Part shown: one piece after another, positions 31,101 through 45,486 of the stretch
Numbering within the stretch: the stretch's first letter is position 1
Layout: every line of letters starts with the position of its first letter
NCBI GenBank assembly: GCA_051294375.1
Contig: CM119271.1
Location: forward strand, 4,969,579 to 5,033,578
DNA length: 64,000 nucleotides
DNA from: Paraspadella gotoi
Lineage: Eukaryota; Animalia; Chaetognatha
Reading direction: 5' to 3'
Notes under the pieces: model-generated
The model's database searches: none
What the model was told of the DNA's origin: nothing
The model's input: the letters and a program-made list of their open reading frames with translations, nothing else
Translations under genes and position numbers: made by a program

Positions 31101-33636
31101 AGAAGAGAGAGAGAGAGAGAGAGAGAGTTAAACTTTACTTCTTATCAACACAGTAATGAGTTATGAAGTTTACTTCCACATGTCGTTTGTGACATTTCGT
31201 TACACTGCACGAAACCGTTACCTAAAATCTTTCCCGGAATTAACGACAATGGCGGTCTCCGAAGATGACCGAGGGACCAGTTCGCGCGTGTCGAATTTAA
31301 ACACAAAGACAAACGATCACGACATTTATGGAAATTAGTTGTCTAGGGAACTTTATTTCTCGGATCTTTCAACATAATTTGGCGAATCGTGAAATTATTC
31401 AACTCGGTTGTTCGACGCTAAGCAAGGGATATTTTTGCATTCAATCGACTGCTTCTTAATTAAAGTTATTTTCTTAGTGTACTAGTACTATTAGTTATCG
31501 TACTAATACTTCGAAACGAAAACGAGCGAGAAAGTGACGCGACTCATTTGCATAGAAAAAAAAAAATTAAAGTTAGGAGAAAAAAGTTAAGTATTTCCGG
31601 ATGGGGATGAGTAAAGAGAAGTATAACAAAAAAAAAAAGAAAAGAAAAAAGCAAAAAAAAACAATAAAAGCAGAATTTGTCTCGTTATCGCGCTCGCGTC
31701 TCGGGGTGTTCAGGCTGTCAGCTCTTGCTTCTCCATTTGATCTTTTTTTCTGTCAACTCGCTAGTCTATCTTTCACTAGATCCGTGTTCCGTTAGTCTGT
31801 TCTTCTACAAATGTCTGTCTACCCCATTTTACGTATTATCTTCCCGAATTTATGTTTTCTCGCATTTATCGTTTCCCGTTAGTCTTTCTTTGACTTGTGA
31901 TCTTCGAGGAATGTTCTGTCTTCTCTATTGTTCTAATCTTTTCCGTCTTCTGTTTGTTTGTTTCCCGGTTTGTATTTTTGATCCGCTCATATGTTTTCCG
32001 TTCATGATTCTGTCTTTTTCCGTTATCCTACGTATGCCTTGTTTATTATTCCCTTCTTTTCACGGACTATCTCGATGGAATTCAAATTTCCATCAACGAT
32101 CTAGTATGTCCGTCGTCCGTCATTTACGTTCTTCCCATTTTACTAGCCGACCGCTTGGTTCAATTTCCTATATATGTCCCGCATTTATCTGTCCGTCCGA
32201 AAAGTCCGTCTGGTCGTTTAATATTTTCACATTTTAAAGAAGTAAGTTTGTTTTAAACGTCGGGTCATGAAATGCTTTGTTTGTCTGCCATATTTCTGTC
32301 CGTCTGTATCTCTATTCTGTTGTCTTCCTGTCCGTGTTGTCTTGTTAAGTTTCTGTCACTAGCTCTTCGATGTCAGTCTTTTTGCGAGTCCGTTAAGTTT
32401 TAACTATTCTCACACCCGCGCATGTCGTGCGTCTGTTCGTCATCGTCGACTTCCTCTCCTCAACTTTTGGCGACTTCACTTCCGCAGGCGACGAAAGGCA
32501 TTTAGGTCCGTTAAGAAGCGCAATCAACTCCTCATTCAGCGCAAACGACAGACTTGCCAATTTAGGGGATGCCCGCGCGCGGTACACCGACAAGTTCGGG
32601 AAGATGCGAGTGGAAGATTGGAAGGAGGGAGGTTGGGCTTGTACGGTGGGAGGTGGCAGAGAGTAGTGGGAGAGAAGAGAGAGAGAGGAGAGACAGAGAG
32701 TGAAGAGAGCAGCTGAGAGAGGGCAGGGGAGGGAGAGATGAGATAGATAGGACAGAGATTGAAGGATTGGGGGGGGGGGGGGGTCGTGGGATGAATTAAA
32801 ACATAAATAAAACAGGGAGATGAATAATAATGTAATAATTGGATGGAAAATGAGGCAAAATATAGAAACATGAAAAAGAGCAAGAGATAGAAAATTAAGA
32901 AGGGGAAAAAAGAAATTACAAAAGCAAAAGGCAAAAATGAAAAAGGGGAAAAAAAAAGATCAGAATAAAAGAGAAAATAGGATTAGAGAAGAAAAGAAAA
33001 AAGGAAGCAGGCATCAATGAGAAAAAAAAAGACGTTGGGCGACCGACCGACCGATCGTTGCCCTTTTTTTTCCTCAACGAGGGTCGAGAGGCCAAATCGT
33101 GAACCTCGTTTGCGACCCAACGTGGGTCAGGGTCAGGGGGAGAGAGTAAGTAGGTGAGGTGAGGTGAGGTCATTAGGGGTGAGTGAGAAATAGGTCATCA
33201 TACGGAGGAGGTGGGGAGAGAGAGAAGAGAGAGAAAGAGGAATGGGGGAGAAAAAACAACTAACTAAGAACGGTGATTCCAAGTGTTGCGCCGAACTGGA
33301 CTTTATTTATGCGTAATTTCTCTCTAATCACATGATTATGACATGACATACATGAATGACTTAAAACTTTCTTAGCCGTGTATTTTGACATGCACTGAGT
33401 CGAAATTCCGTTTTATATTCCTTATATATTACATTTTTAATTTAACAGGACAGACCGATGGACAGACATACCGACCGACAGAGAGACCGACCGAAAAGTG
33501 ACTTATAGGTTTCTCCGCGAGCACTCGCGGCGCAACTAAAATGATGAAATTCGAATGGAGAAAAGTAAGTCGGGTAAGGAAGAAAGTGAGGGCCTTAGTT
33601 GTTTAGAAACATATTTTTCAACACTCGCAAAGGAAG

Positions 33637-33698
<62 letters not shown>

Positions 33699-34613
33699 AG
33701 CAAAGCGAAGGAACCTCACTTTTTTTCTTTTCTCAATTTCAGGATAGACGCCTCGTTTTTTTTGCAGGTGAGTCGATGAGAGACTTTTTTTTTCGTGAAA
33801 GGAGTGTGGAGTTAGTGTGGTGAGGGTTGTGGGCGGAATAGTGTAGCCGAGTGGTGAAGATGTGTGTTTTTGAGGAGGGGAAGAGGAGCGGGCCGGATGT
33901 GTGGGCGTCGAAGTCTTTCGACGGATGAGTCTTGATAAATCGAAAAGAAAAAAATAAAAATTCGAGAAAAAGAATAAACAAAGCGTCGACGAGGAAAAGA
34001 TGAAAGAAAAAAAAAGAAAGAAAGAAAGTAGCGTCGAAAAAAAAAAAAAAAAATGGAGCAGCAATAATGCGAGGGTGAACGCCGTAAAAAAGTGATAAAA
34101 AGCATCTATAAAGGGTTTGAAAGATAGACAGACAGAGCAGAATCAATGTTTTTTTGGATTGAAAGAAAATCATTATCATGTCACCTCCATTCGAATCGAA
34201 TATGATATAAATATATTTATATGTATATATGGATATTGTGTAATAAACAATAATATAAATGAATATAAAAAAGTTGTGTAAGTTTTTTANNNNNNNNNNN
34301 NNNNNNNNNNNNNNNNNNNNNNNNNNNNNNNNNNNNNNNNNNNNNNNNNNNNNNNNNNNNNNNNNNNNNNNNNNNNNNNNNNNNNNNNNTTAACATTTAA
34401 GGTATTTAAAGCAAGATTGTGATTTGCATTATATATACATAAATAACGATTTAATTTGATCGTTTTATCACCGGTACCTTTTACTTCTCAAACGAATAAA
34501 TAAACGGATCAAAAAGACAGACCGGCAGATTTATCGACGCTACACTATCTAATAGAGTTCGAGCCGCAGCCTTGGCTAAAAAAGCCTGCGGAGATTTACG
34601 CGTCTTTGCGAGC

Positions 34614-34655
<42 letters not shown>

Positions 34656-37600
34656 TCGAAGCGCCAATTATTTTCCCTCAGACGCTGCGGCTTCTCCGAT
34701 GAAGTCGATGACGCGAAAAAGATGGACGCCGCGTGGAGATGAGTATCTCTTTTTTTTAAAGGTAAGTATGAAGTAGGAAAATGGGTGAGGAGGCAGAGAA
34801 AGACAGGGGCGACGGAGGTTGGGAAAATCAAGAAGAGGAAGGCGGGAGAGTGAGTGGAGGCGGGGAGTTAGAGAAAAGAAGGAAGGGAGGAAAAAAGTGG
34901 AGGAAAGGAGCGGAATAAGGAGAAGAAATAAAAGAGAAAAGCAAAGTAGGAGAAAAGGGAGGAAAGAAGAGGAGAGAAGCCGGGGAAAAAAAAATTGAAG
35001 GAAGAGAGAAAGAACCGGAAAATAAAAGGGGGCGATTTGAAGCTGAAGAAAAGAGACATCTGGCGGGAAAAAAAATGTGGATGAAGAGAAGAGATAAGAG
35101 GGCGGACTTTGGGGAGGCAAAGGAGGCGGGAAAATAAGAAAGAAAAAAAAAAAGAGATCGAGAAAATTGGTTCGTGGAGAAGAAATTTAATCTTTGAAGC
35201 TAATCGGATGTTTTTGCTAAAACTCGAGAGAATCATCTCTTGTCGCGGCGAGGCGAGATTAAAAAGAGAGAGAGAGACCGAACGAGAGAGAGAGAAGAGG
35301 AGAAAAGAAGAGGAGTACAGCTTTACTTCTTATCAAACACAGTAAAATGAGTATGAAAAGTATTCAACACGTTATGACATTTCGTATACACTAGCACTTG
35401 AAAACGGCCGTTCGAAAAAAACGAAAAATGGCGGCCGTAAGATGACCGAAGGGGAGGTTCGCGCGGTGAATTGTAAACAAGAAGACAAACTTCACAGGAC
35501 ATTCATGGAAATAGTGTCTAGTGGAAATTTCTCGTGAACTTTCAAACATAATTGGGCGATCGTGAATATATAATGGATGTTCGACGCTAAGCAAGAATAT
35601 TTTTGCAATCAATCGACTGCTTCTTAATCTAAAAGTTATTGCTTAGTTGTACATTAAGTACATAGTACTCGTACTTAATACTGCGAAACGAAAACCGAAG
35701 CGTAAGAATAGTGGACGCGACTCATTTGCATAGAAAAAAAAGAAAAACGTTAGGAGAAAAAAGTAAGATTTCGTGCCGGATGCAGTAAAAGAGAAGAGTT
35801 AACAAAAAAAAAAGAATAAGAAAAAAGCAAAAAAAAAAAAGCAAAAAAAAAAGCTAGAATTTTGTCTCGTTATCGCGCTCAGCTCTCGGGCGTCGTCAGC
35901 CTGTCAGTCTGTGCTCTCTCCATTGACTTTTTTTCTGTCAACATCGACCTTGTCTATCTTTCACTAAGAAAGTCCGTGTTCCCGTTAGTCATTGTCTTCA
36001 AACAAATGTCTGTCTAACCCCATTTACTTATCTTCCCGATTTTGTTTTCGAATCGATTAGTCCGTTTTCCCCGTTAGTCTTTCTTTGACTTGTGATTCTT
36101 GCGAGGTTGCTCTGTCTTCTCTATTGTCTATCTTTCCGGATCTTACTGTTTGTTTGTTTTCCCGCCGTTGTATTTGATCCCGCTCATATGTTTCCGTATG
36201 TTCTGTCTTTCGCGTTCATCCTCACGTATGCCTTTGTTTATTATTCCCTTCTTTCAACGGACTACCGCATAGGAAACTTCAAATTTTCCAGTCACACGAT
36301 CTGTATGTCCGTCCGTCCGTCCTTTACGTTTCTTTCCGTTTACTACCGACCGCCTTGGTTTCAATTCCTTCTTACTGTCGCCGCAATTTTTTCTGTTCCG
36401 TCCCGAAAAGTCCGTTCTGTTCCGTTTAAATATTTTCACAATTAAAGAAGTAAGTTTGTTTAAACTCGTTTTGTTTGTCTGTTCATATTTCTTGTTCTNN
36501 NNNNNNNNNNNNNNNNNNNNNNNGTCCGTCTGTATCTCTATCTGTTTGTCTTCCTGTCCGTGTATCGGTTGTTTGTATAAGTTTCTGTCACTTGCTCTTC
36601 GATGTCAGTCTTTTTGCGAGTCCGTCAGTTTAACTATTCTCACACCCGCGCCTGTCGTGGTCTGTCCGTCCATCCGTCCGTCCATCCGTCCGCTTTCCTC
36701 TCCTCAACTTTGGCGACTTCATTCCGCGGCGACGAAAGGCATTTAGGTCCCGTTAGAGCGCAATCAATCCTCATTCCAGCGCAACGACAGACTTGCCAAT
36801 TTAGGGATGCCCGCGCGCGGACCCGAACAAGTCGGGAAGATGGGAGGGAAGATTGGAAGGGGGAGAGTTTGGGACTTGCACGTAGGAGGAGGGCAGAGAG
36901 AGAGGGAGAGAGAGAGAGAGAGAGGGAGAGAGAGAGAGAGAGGGAGGGAGGGAGAGAGAGTAGAATAGGAAGAGATTGAAAGTGAGTGGGATGAATTAAA
37001 AATAAATAAAAGGGAGATAAATAAAATGTAATAATGGTGGAAAATGAGGCAAAATATAGAAAACATGAAAAAGAGCAAGAGATAGAAAAAAAGAAGGGGA
37101 AAAAAGAAATGACAAAAAGCAAAAGGACAAAATGAAAAAGGGGGAAAAAAAGATCAGAATAAAAGAGAAAATAAGGATTAAGAGAAGAAAAGAAAAAAAG
37201 GTAAGCGGCATCAATGAGAAAAAAAAAGACGTTGGGCGACCGACAGACCGATCGTTGCCCTTTTTTTTCCTCCAACGAGGGTCGAGAGGCCAAATCGTGG
37301 ATCCTCGTTTGCGACCCAACGTGGGTCAGGGTCAGGGGGAGAGAGGTAAGGTAAGGTGAGGTGAGGTGAGGTCATTAGGGGTGAGTGAGAATAGGTCATC
37401 ATACGGAGGAGGTGGGAGAGAGAGAGAGAGAAAGAGGAATGAGGGAGAAAAAACAACTAACAAGAACGGTGATTCCAAAGTGTTGCGCCGCACTGACTTT
37501 ATTTTTATGCGTAATTCTCTCTAATCANNNNNNNNNNTCGTCTCCGCCCCGCGAGGGGTCGCGTCATGTTCGGTTCGGTCTACGGGGCAAAGTGTTGTCA

Positions 37601-40600
37601 AAAGACTCAGGAGTGGTTTAAAATGTTAAGTTTAAAAATGTTTTAGTCAAGCAGAAGTTCTTCTTGTTTTTTTCTCGCCAGAGCTGCGACAATCGGCAGG
37701 GTGAGTGCTTAGAAGAACAGAAAGGAAGTTATTTCGATCCGACCCAAGACATTCGTCTTCCGCGATTCTTAATGCTTGGCATAATTTCTCGGCGCGATCC
37801 CTGGTTGTTCGTTGGAGTCACACGCGAACTTTCCATGACTTTTAGCGAATTTCTTTTTTCAACGTTTGACGAGTGACGGAATCTTGACGCGAATTTTATC
37901 GCGACTTGAAGGGAATAAGTTGCGGGGATTAGCAGAAGCCTTCGGCGCTGACGAGGCCGTTGCACTCGAGAGGGACCTTTGTGAAACGTCGAAGCTCTTG
38001 TCAATTCTATGGGGGATTTTTGAGAAATGGGAAAGAGGTTTTATGCCGGTTATGCCAGTTTGTTTTTTTTTTTAAAGAAAAGCGCAAATGGTGAGACTCT
38101 ATATCAATCAAAAGGGCGCTTTGAATATCTCGGTAAAACTTATTTTTGAACGTTTAAGTTTGCCCGATGCCCATTCACTTGAAAGAGCTTTTTTTGAGGG
38201 CCTTACCCCTTTCTTACCCCTTACCCACGACGCCTTATTAACCCCCGCGGGACATTTTCGACAAAATCTCGGAAGCCTAAGGCGAGGACTCTGAGGACTC
38301 TCGCTCTTAATGGGCCGCGCATGAATGTGACAAAAGGGAGAGAAAGCCGGCGCGAGAGAGCGGAGATTTCAGANNNNNNNNNNNNNNNNNNNNNNNNNNN
38401 NNNNNNNNNNNNNNNNNNNNNNNNNNNNNNNNNNNNNNNNNNNNNNNNNNNNNNNNNNNNNNNNNNNNNNNNNNNNNNNGGGGTAACCCTTTAACGCGAA
38501 CTCTCTCGCTCTCTCTCTCTCTCTCTCTTTGCTCTCTCTCCTCTCTCGCCAGACTTCGGTTCACTGCTGGCAATCTCTCCGTAAAATTCTTCGCGAAGTC
38601 TGAAGAGTCGCGTTAAAGGGTTACCCCATAATCTCCAGGCTCTCTCCGCAATTCTCAGCGAGCGAGTCTACGCTGAAACTCGTAAAGGTTATTAATCTTN
38701 NNNNNNNNNNNNNNNNNNNNNNNNNNNNNNNNNNNNNNNNNNNNNNNNNNNNNNNNNNNNNNNNNNNNNNNNNNNNNNNNNNNNNNNNNNNNNNNNNNNN
38801 NNNNNNNNNNNNNNNNNNNNNNNNNNNNNNNNNNNNNNNNNNNNNNNNNNNNNNNNNNNNNNNNNNNNNNNNNNNNNNNNNNNNNNNNNNNNNNNNNNNN
38901 NNNNNNNNNNNNNNNNNNNNNNNNNNNNNNNNNNNNNNNNNNNNNNNNNNNNNNNNNNNNNNNNNNNNNNNNNNNNNNNNNNNNNNNNNNNNNNNNNNNN
39001 NNNNNNNNNNNNNNNNNNNAGATAGATTTTTTTTTCCTCTCGCTCTCCCTCGGCCTCGACTTTGATTTGACCTTGGAAATTTTCTATTTCTAAGAAAAGA
39101 GATCCGATCGGACTGAATTAGCCAGGGGTGGTCGGGAAGGGAATGGAGGAATGGGGGGGGGGTAACAGGGGTAATAAGAAGGAAGGGAGAGGACGAGAGA
39201 GAAAGGAAGGAACCGAGAGGGAAAAATGGAGGAAGAGAGGAGAAAATGTATCTAGCTTTAGTGGGGTGGGTGAAATAGAAAGAGGGGGGGAAAAAGGGAG
39301 AAAATAGGATATAAGACAGAAAAAGTAAGTATGACCCGAAACCCCCCAACCGACCCCCTGCGGCCATCTTGGACGAAATCGACGGTCAAATTGTTTATGG
39401 ACGAAGATCGGCGATGATCGTTCGACTCCCAAACGACGCAATTTCAAACTGAGCGACATCTCTCGACCGCAATTATGCTATGATAATATTCTCATTCAAA
39501 TTTTCTAATATTACAGCTTAAGACCGCCGTTGAGGGAGAGAGAGACGATCTCGGAGAAGAGAGGTTTTATCGTTCGGCGAAACTTTGCGGAAAAGAAAAA
39601 TTAGGTTCTATCGTAAACACGCAAAAGAGATGAGAAAATAGTTCGTGAGAGAAGAAATTTAATCTTTGAAAGCTATCGGATGTTTTGCTAAAACTCGCAG
39701 AGAATCATCTCTTGTCGCGGCGAGGCGAGGATTAAAAAGGAGAGAAGAGAGCCGAACGAGAGAGAGAGAAGAGGAAAGAAGAGAACAGACTTTACTCTCT
39801 TATCAAACACAGTAAATGAGTATGAAAAAGTTAATTGANNNNNNNNNNNNNNNNNNNNNNNNNNNNNNNNNNNNNNNNNNNNNNNNNNNNNNNNNNNNNN
39901 NNNNNNNNNNNNNNNNNNNNNNNNNNNNNNNNNNNNNNNNNNNNNNNNNNNNNNNNNNNNNNNNNNNNNNNNNNNNNNNNNNNNNNNNNNNNNNNNNNNN
40001 NNNNNNNNNNNNNNNNNNNNNNNNNNNNNNNNNNNNNNNNNNNNNNNNNNNNNNNNNNNNNNNNNNNNNNNNNNNNNNNNNNNNNNNNNNNNNNNNNNNN
40101 NNNNNNNNNNNNNNNNNNNNNNNNNNNNNNNNNNNNNNNNNNNNNNNNNNNNNNNNNNNNNNNNNNNNNNNNNNNNNNNNNNNNNNNNNNNNNNNNNNNN
40201 NNNNNNNNNNNNNNNNNNNNNNNNNNNNNNNNNNNNNNNNNNNNNNNNNNNNNNNNNNNNNNNNNNNNNNNNNNNNNNNNNNNNNNNNNNNNNNNNNNNN
40301 NNNNNNNNNNNNNNNNNNNNNNNNNNNNNNNNNNNNNNNNNNNNNNNNNNNNNNNNNNNNNNNNNNNNNNNNNNNNNNNNNNNNNNNNNNNNNNNNNNNN
40401 NNNNNNNNNNNNNNNNNNNNNNNNNNNNNNNNNNNNNNNNNNNNNNNNNNNNNNNNNNNNNNNNNNNNNNNNNNNNNNNNNNNNNNNNNNNNNNNNNNNN
40501 NNNNNNNNNNNNNNNNNNNNNNNNNNNNNNNNNNNNNNNNNNNNNNNNNNNNNNNNNNNNNNNNNNNNNNNNNNNNNNNNNNNNNNNNNNNNNNNNNNNN

Positions 40601-43600
40601 NNNNNNNNNNNNNNNNNNNNNNNNNNNNNNNNNNNNNNNNNNNNNNNNNNNNNNNNNNNNNNNNNNNNNNNNNNNNNNNNNNNNNNNNNNNNNNNNNNNN
40701 NNNNNNNNNNNNNNNNNNNNNNNNNNNNNNNNNNNNNNNNNNNNNNNNNNNNNNNNNNNNNNNNNNNNNNNNNNNNNNNNNNNNNNNNNNGACATTTCGT
40801 TACACTGCACTGAAACCCGTCGAAAAACGAAATGGCGGCCGAAGATGACCGAGGGGAGTCGCGCGGTGAATTTAAACAAAAGACAAACGTCACAGACATT
40901 ATGGAAATTAGTTGTCTAGGGAAATTTTCTGACTTTCAAACATAATTTGGCGATCGTGAATATATTGTTCGACGCTAAGCAAGGAATATTTTTGCATCAA
41001 TCGACTGCTTCTTAATTAAAAGTTATTCTTAGTTGTACATTAGTACATAAGTACTCGTACTAATACTCGAAACGAAAACGAAGCGAAGAAAGTGACGCGA
41101 CTCATTTGCATAGAAAAAAAAGAAAAACGTTAGGGAGAAAAAAGTAAGTATTTCCGGATGAGTAAAGAGAAGAGTAACAAAAAAAAGAAAAGAAAAAAGC
41201 AAAAAAAAAAACCCAAAAAAAAGCAGAATTTGTCTCGTTATCGCGCTCGCGTCTCGGGTGTCAGCCTGTCAGTCTGTCTTCTCCATTGACTTTTTTTTCT
41301 GTCAACTCGCTTGTCTATCTTTCACTAGATCCGTGTTCCCGTTAGTCTGTCTTCACAAATGTCTGTCTACCCCATTTTACGTATCTTCCCGATTTTGTTT
41401 TCTCGATTATCCGTTTTCCCGTTAGTCTTTCTTTGACTTGTGATTCTTGGAGGTTGTCTGTCTTCTCTATTGTCTATCTTTCCGATCTTCTGTTTGTTTG
41501 TTTTCCCGGTTGTATTTGATCCCGCTCATATGTTTCCGTATGTCTGTCTTTCCGTTCATCCTACGTATGCCTTTGTTTATTATTCCCATTCTTTCACGGA
41601 CTACGATAGGAATTCAAATTTCCATCAACGATCTGTATGTCCGTCCGTCCGTCTTTACGTTTCTCCTTTACTACCGACCGCCTTGGTTTAATTTCCTTCT
41701 TATGTCCCGCAATTTTCTGTTCGTCCGAAAAGTCCGTCTGTCCGTTAAATATTTTCACATTAAAGAAGTAAGTTTGTTTAAACTCTTTGTTTGTCTGTTC
41801 ATATTTCTGTCCGTCTGTATCTCTATCTGTTTGTCTTCCTGTCCGTGNNNNNNNNNNNNNNNNNNNNNNNNNGGAAAGAGAAGAGATCGCAATTAATTCA
41901 GCTGCTCCATTTTTTTTTTCTTTTTTTCGACGGCTACTTTCTTCTTTTTTTTTTTTTCTTTCAATCTCTATATTCCTTCCGACGCTTTTTGTTTATCTTT
42001 TTCTTCGTATTCTTTATTTTTTTCTTTCGATTTAGTCAAGACTATCTCGCTCCGGAGAAGAACTTTCGAAACGCCCAAATCCGGCCCGCTCCCTCTCCTC
42101 CTCCCTCAACTGCAACACACTCCACTCGGCTACAACTATTCACCGCCCCATCCAACCCTCTCACCACTAAAACTCCCCTTCCTTTCAACGAAAACAAGTC
42201 CTCTTTCATTCGACTCACTGCAAAAAAACACGAGGCGTCCTATCTGCCAAATGAGAAAGCAAAAAAAGTGCCAGGCTCCTCGCTTTGGCTTGTACTCCTT
42301 CTCATCTCTCTCTTCTCTCCTCTCTCTCTTCCTCTCTTCTCTCTCATCTCTCTCTCTCTCTCTCTGCGTCATCTCTTCTGCCTCTCCTCCTACTTCTTTC
42401 TGCGAGTGCGTCGAAATACTGTTTCCTTTTCCGCTCGCAGTAAACAACTAAGCCTCACTTTCTTCTTACCCGACTTCAGCTTTCCCCCATTCGAATTTTC
42501 ATCATTTTTAGTTGCCGTCCGCGAGGACTCGCCGACGAAACTCTATAAGTTCACTTTTCGGTGCGGTCTCTTCTGGTCGGTCCGGTATGTCTGTCTATCG
42601 GTCCTGTCCACTTATATTCAAAATGTAATAGTATCAAAGGTAATAAAAAATGGAATTTTCGACTCAGTGCATGTCATAAATACACGGGCTTAAGAAAGTT
42701 TTTTTAGTCATGGTCATGTTATGTCAATGTCATGATCAATGTGATTAGAGAGAATTACGCTCATAAAAATAAAGTCAGTTGGGCCGGAGCGCAACACTTT
42801 GGAATCCACGTTCTTGTTAGTTGTTTTTTCATCCGCTCATTCCTCTATTCTCTCTCTCTTCTCTCCGCACCGTCCTCCGTATGATTGACCTATTCTCACT
42901 GCACCCCTAATACGACCTCAACCCTCCACCTCAACCTTAACCTTAACCCGTCTCTCCCCGCACATCCCTGACCACTGACCCGACACGTTGGGTCGCACAA
43001 CGAGGATCCACGATTTTGGAGCCTCTCCGGACCGTCTCGTTGGAGGAAAAAAAAGGGCAAAACGAATCGGTCTGTCGTCGCCCAACGTCTTTTTTTTTTC
43101 TCATTGATGGCGCTTACCTTTTTTTCTTTTCTTCTCTTAATCCTTATTTTCTCTTTTATTCTTGATCTTTTTTCCCCCTTTTTTCATTTTGGTCGCTTTG
43201 CTTTTTTTGTCATTTCTTTTTTCCCCCTTCTTTTTTTCTATCTCTTGTCCTTTTCATGTTTTCGTATATTTTGCCTGCATTTTCCACCATTGATTACATT
43301 TTATTTATCTTCCCTTTTTATTTATTTTTAATTGTCATCCCACTCACTTCAATCTTCTTCCTATTCTTACTCTCTCTCCCTCCCTCCCTCTCTCCTCTCT
43401 CGTCCTCTCTCTCTCTCATTCTCTCTCTCCCATTCTCTTGCCTCTCCCTACGTGCAAGTTTCCCAAACCTTCTGCCCCCTTCCAATCTTCACCTCCCATC
43501 TTCGCCGACTTGTTCGGGGTCCCGCGCGCGGGCATCCTAAATTGGCAAGTCTGCTCGTTGGCGCTTGGAAATGAGGATTTGATTGCGCGTTCTAACGGGA

Positions 43601-44790
43601 CCTTAAATGCCTTTCGTGCGCCGCGGAATAGGAAGTCGCCAAAGTTGAGGAGAGGAAAGCGCGGACGCGACGCGGATGGCACGGACAGAACCACGACTAG
43701 GTCGCGGGTAGGTGAGAATAGTTAAACTGACGGACTCGCAAATAAGAAACGTGACAAATCCGAAAGAGCTAAGTGACAGAAACTGTATTACAAACAACCG
43801 ATATTAGCCCGTGTATTTATGACATGCACTGAGTCGAAATTCCATTTTTTATTCCTTATATATACATTTTTAATATAAGTGGGACAGACCGATAGACAGA
43901 CATACCGACCGACAGAGAGACCGACCGAAAAGTGNNNNNNNNNNNNNNNNNNNNNNNNNNNNNNNNNNNNNNNNNNNNNNNNNNNNNNNNNNNNNNNNNN
44001 NNNNNNNNNNNNNNNNNNNNNNNNNNNNNNNNNNNNNNNNNNNNNNNNNNNNNNNNNNNNNNNNNNNNNNNNNNNNNNNNNNNNNNNNNNNNNNNNNNNN
44101 NNNNNNNNNNNNNNNNNNNNNNNNNNNNNNNNNNNNNNNNNNNNNNNNNNNNNNNNNNNNAGAGAGAGAGAGAGAGAGAGAGAGAGTACAAGCAAAGCGA
44201 AGGAACCTCACTTTTTTTCTTTCTCATTTCAGGATAGGACGCCTCGTTTTTTTGCAGGTGAGTCGATGAAGAGACTTTTTTTTTCGTGAAAGGAGTGTGG
44301 AGTTAGTGTGGTGAGGGTTGTGGGCGGGAATAGTGTAGCCGAGTGGAGTGTGTGGAGGAGGGGGAGAGGAGCGGGCCGGATGTGTGGGCGTCGAAGTCTT
44401 TCCGACGAGATGAGTCTTGACTAAATCGAAAAGAAAAAAATAAAAATACGAAGAAAAAGAATAAACAAAAAGCGTCGACGAGGAAAAAGATGAAAAGAAA
44501 AAAAAAAGAAAGAAAGAAAGTAGCGTCGAAAAAAAAGAAAAAAAAATGGAGCAGCTAATAATGCGAGGGTGAACGCCGTAAAAAAGTGATAAAAAGCATC
44601 TATAAAAGAGGTTTGAAAGATAGACAGACAAGAGCAGAATCAATGTTTTTTTTGAATTGAAAGAAAATCATTATCATGTCACCTCCAGTTACGAATCGAA
44701 TAGATATAATATATATTTATATGTATATAATGGATATTGTGTAATAAAACAAATAATATAAATGAATATAAAAAAGTTGTGTAAGTTTTT
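28135..44790. repeat. Multi-copy direct and inverted re-occurrence of the ~28.1-34.3 kb segment (probable haplotype/gap-fill redundancy)
   Basis: Approximate matches: 30155-33330 to 34390-37527; 28135-29010 to 37538-38372; 29430-30050 to 39020-39625; 31190-32335 to 40791-41847; 32350-34065 inverted to 41885-43800; 33375-34289 to 43805-44790. Copies differ mostly by small indels and abut N gaps. Confidence 0.85.
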
Positions 44791-45449
44791 TGCTTCGGCA
44801 GAAAAATTATTATGAATAAAAACACAAGAATAGCTTTGTAGTTTTTGTTTCAACGTCATTTTAAAATGTTGTTTAATGTTAATATTTTCAAAATGAAGTA
44901 ATACAGTGCTGAAGACAAAACATTATGTTTAGTATTTATTATTTAACGTAGCGAAAGAGATGAAGCCGGTTCACAGAGATAATTATCCTAGAGCAGAAGA
45001 GATACAACCACTAAGGCGAATAGGGGGAGAGGAGAAAAAGGGAAAAACCAGAATTACGAACGCTAATCATTCAACCTGGTTTTTTTTTTATCGTTTTACA
45101 GGGGAGTACAACTACCGATAGAGAGAGAGGAAACCCAGAATTACGAAGCTAATCATCAACCTGTATTTCGTGGTGCTTTTCTTAATTAAAAATTAGGAAA
45201 AAATTTTATCGGTTTAACTTCATTAGGTCATGGGCTAGTGGGTGGCTCTCATCTCGTGCTCTCTATATATCTCTCTCTCTCTCTCTCTCTCTCTTCTCTT
45301 TTCTCTCTCTCTCTCTTTCTCTCTCTCTCCGTTCGCTTGTCAGACGGTCAAACGTTTACCGGGAATGGGCACGCAATATATATTAAACATTTTCGTTAAA
45401 TACTTTATATAATGGTGGGGAGAGNNNNNNNNNNNNNNNNNNNNNNNNN

Positions 45450-45486
<37 letters not shown>
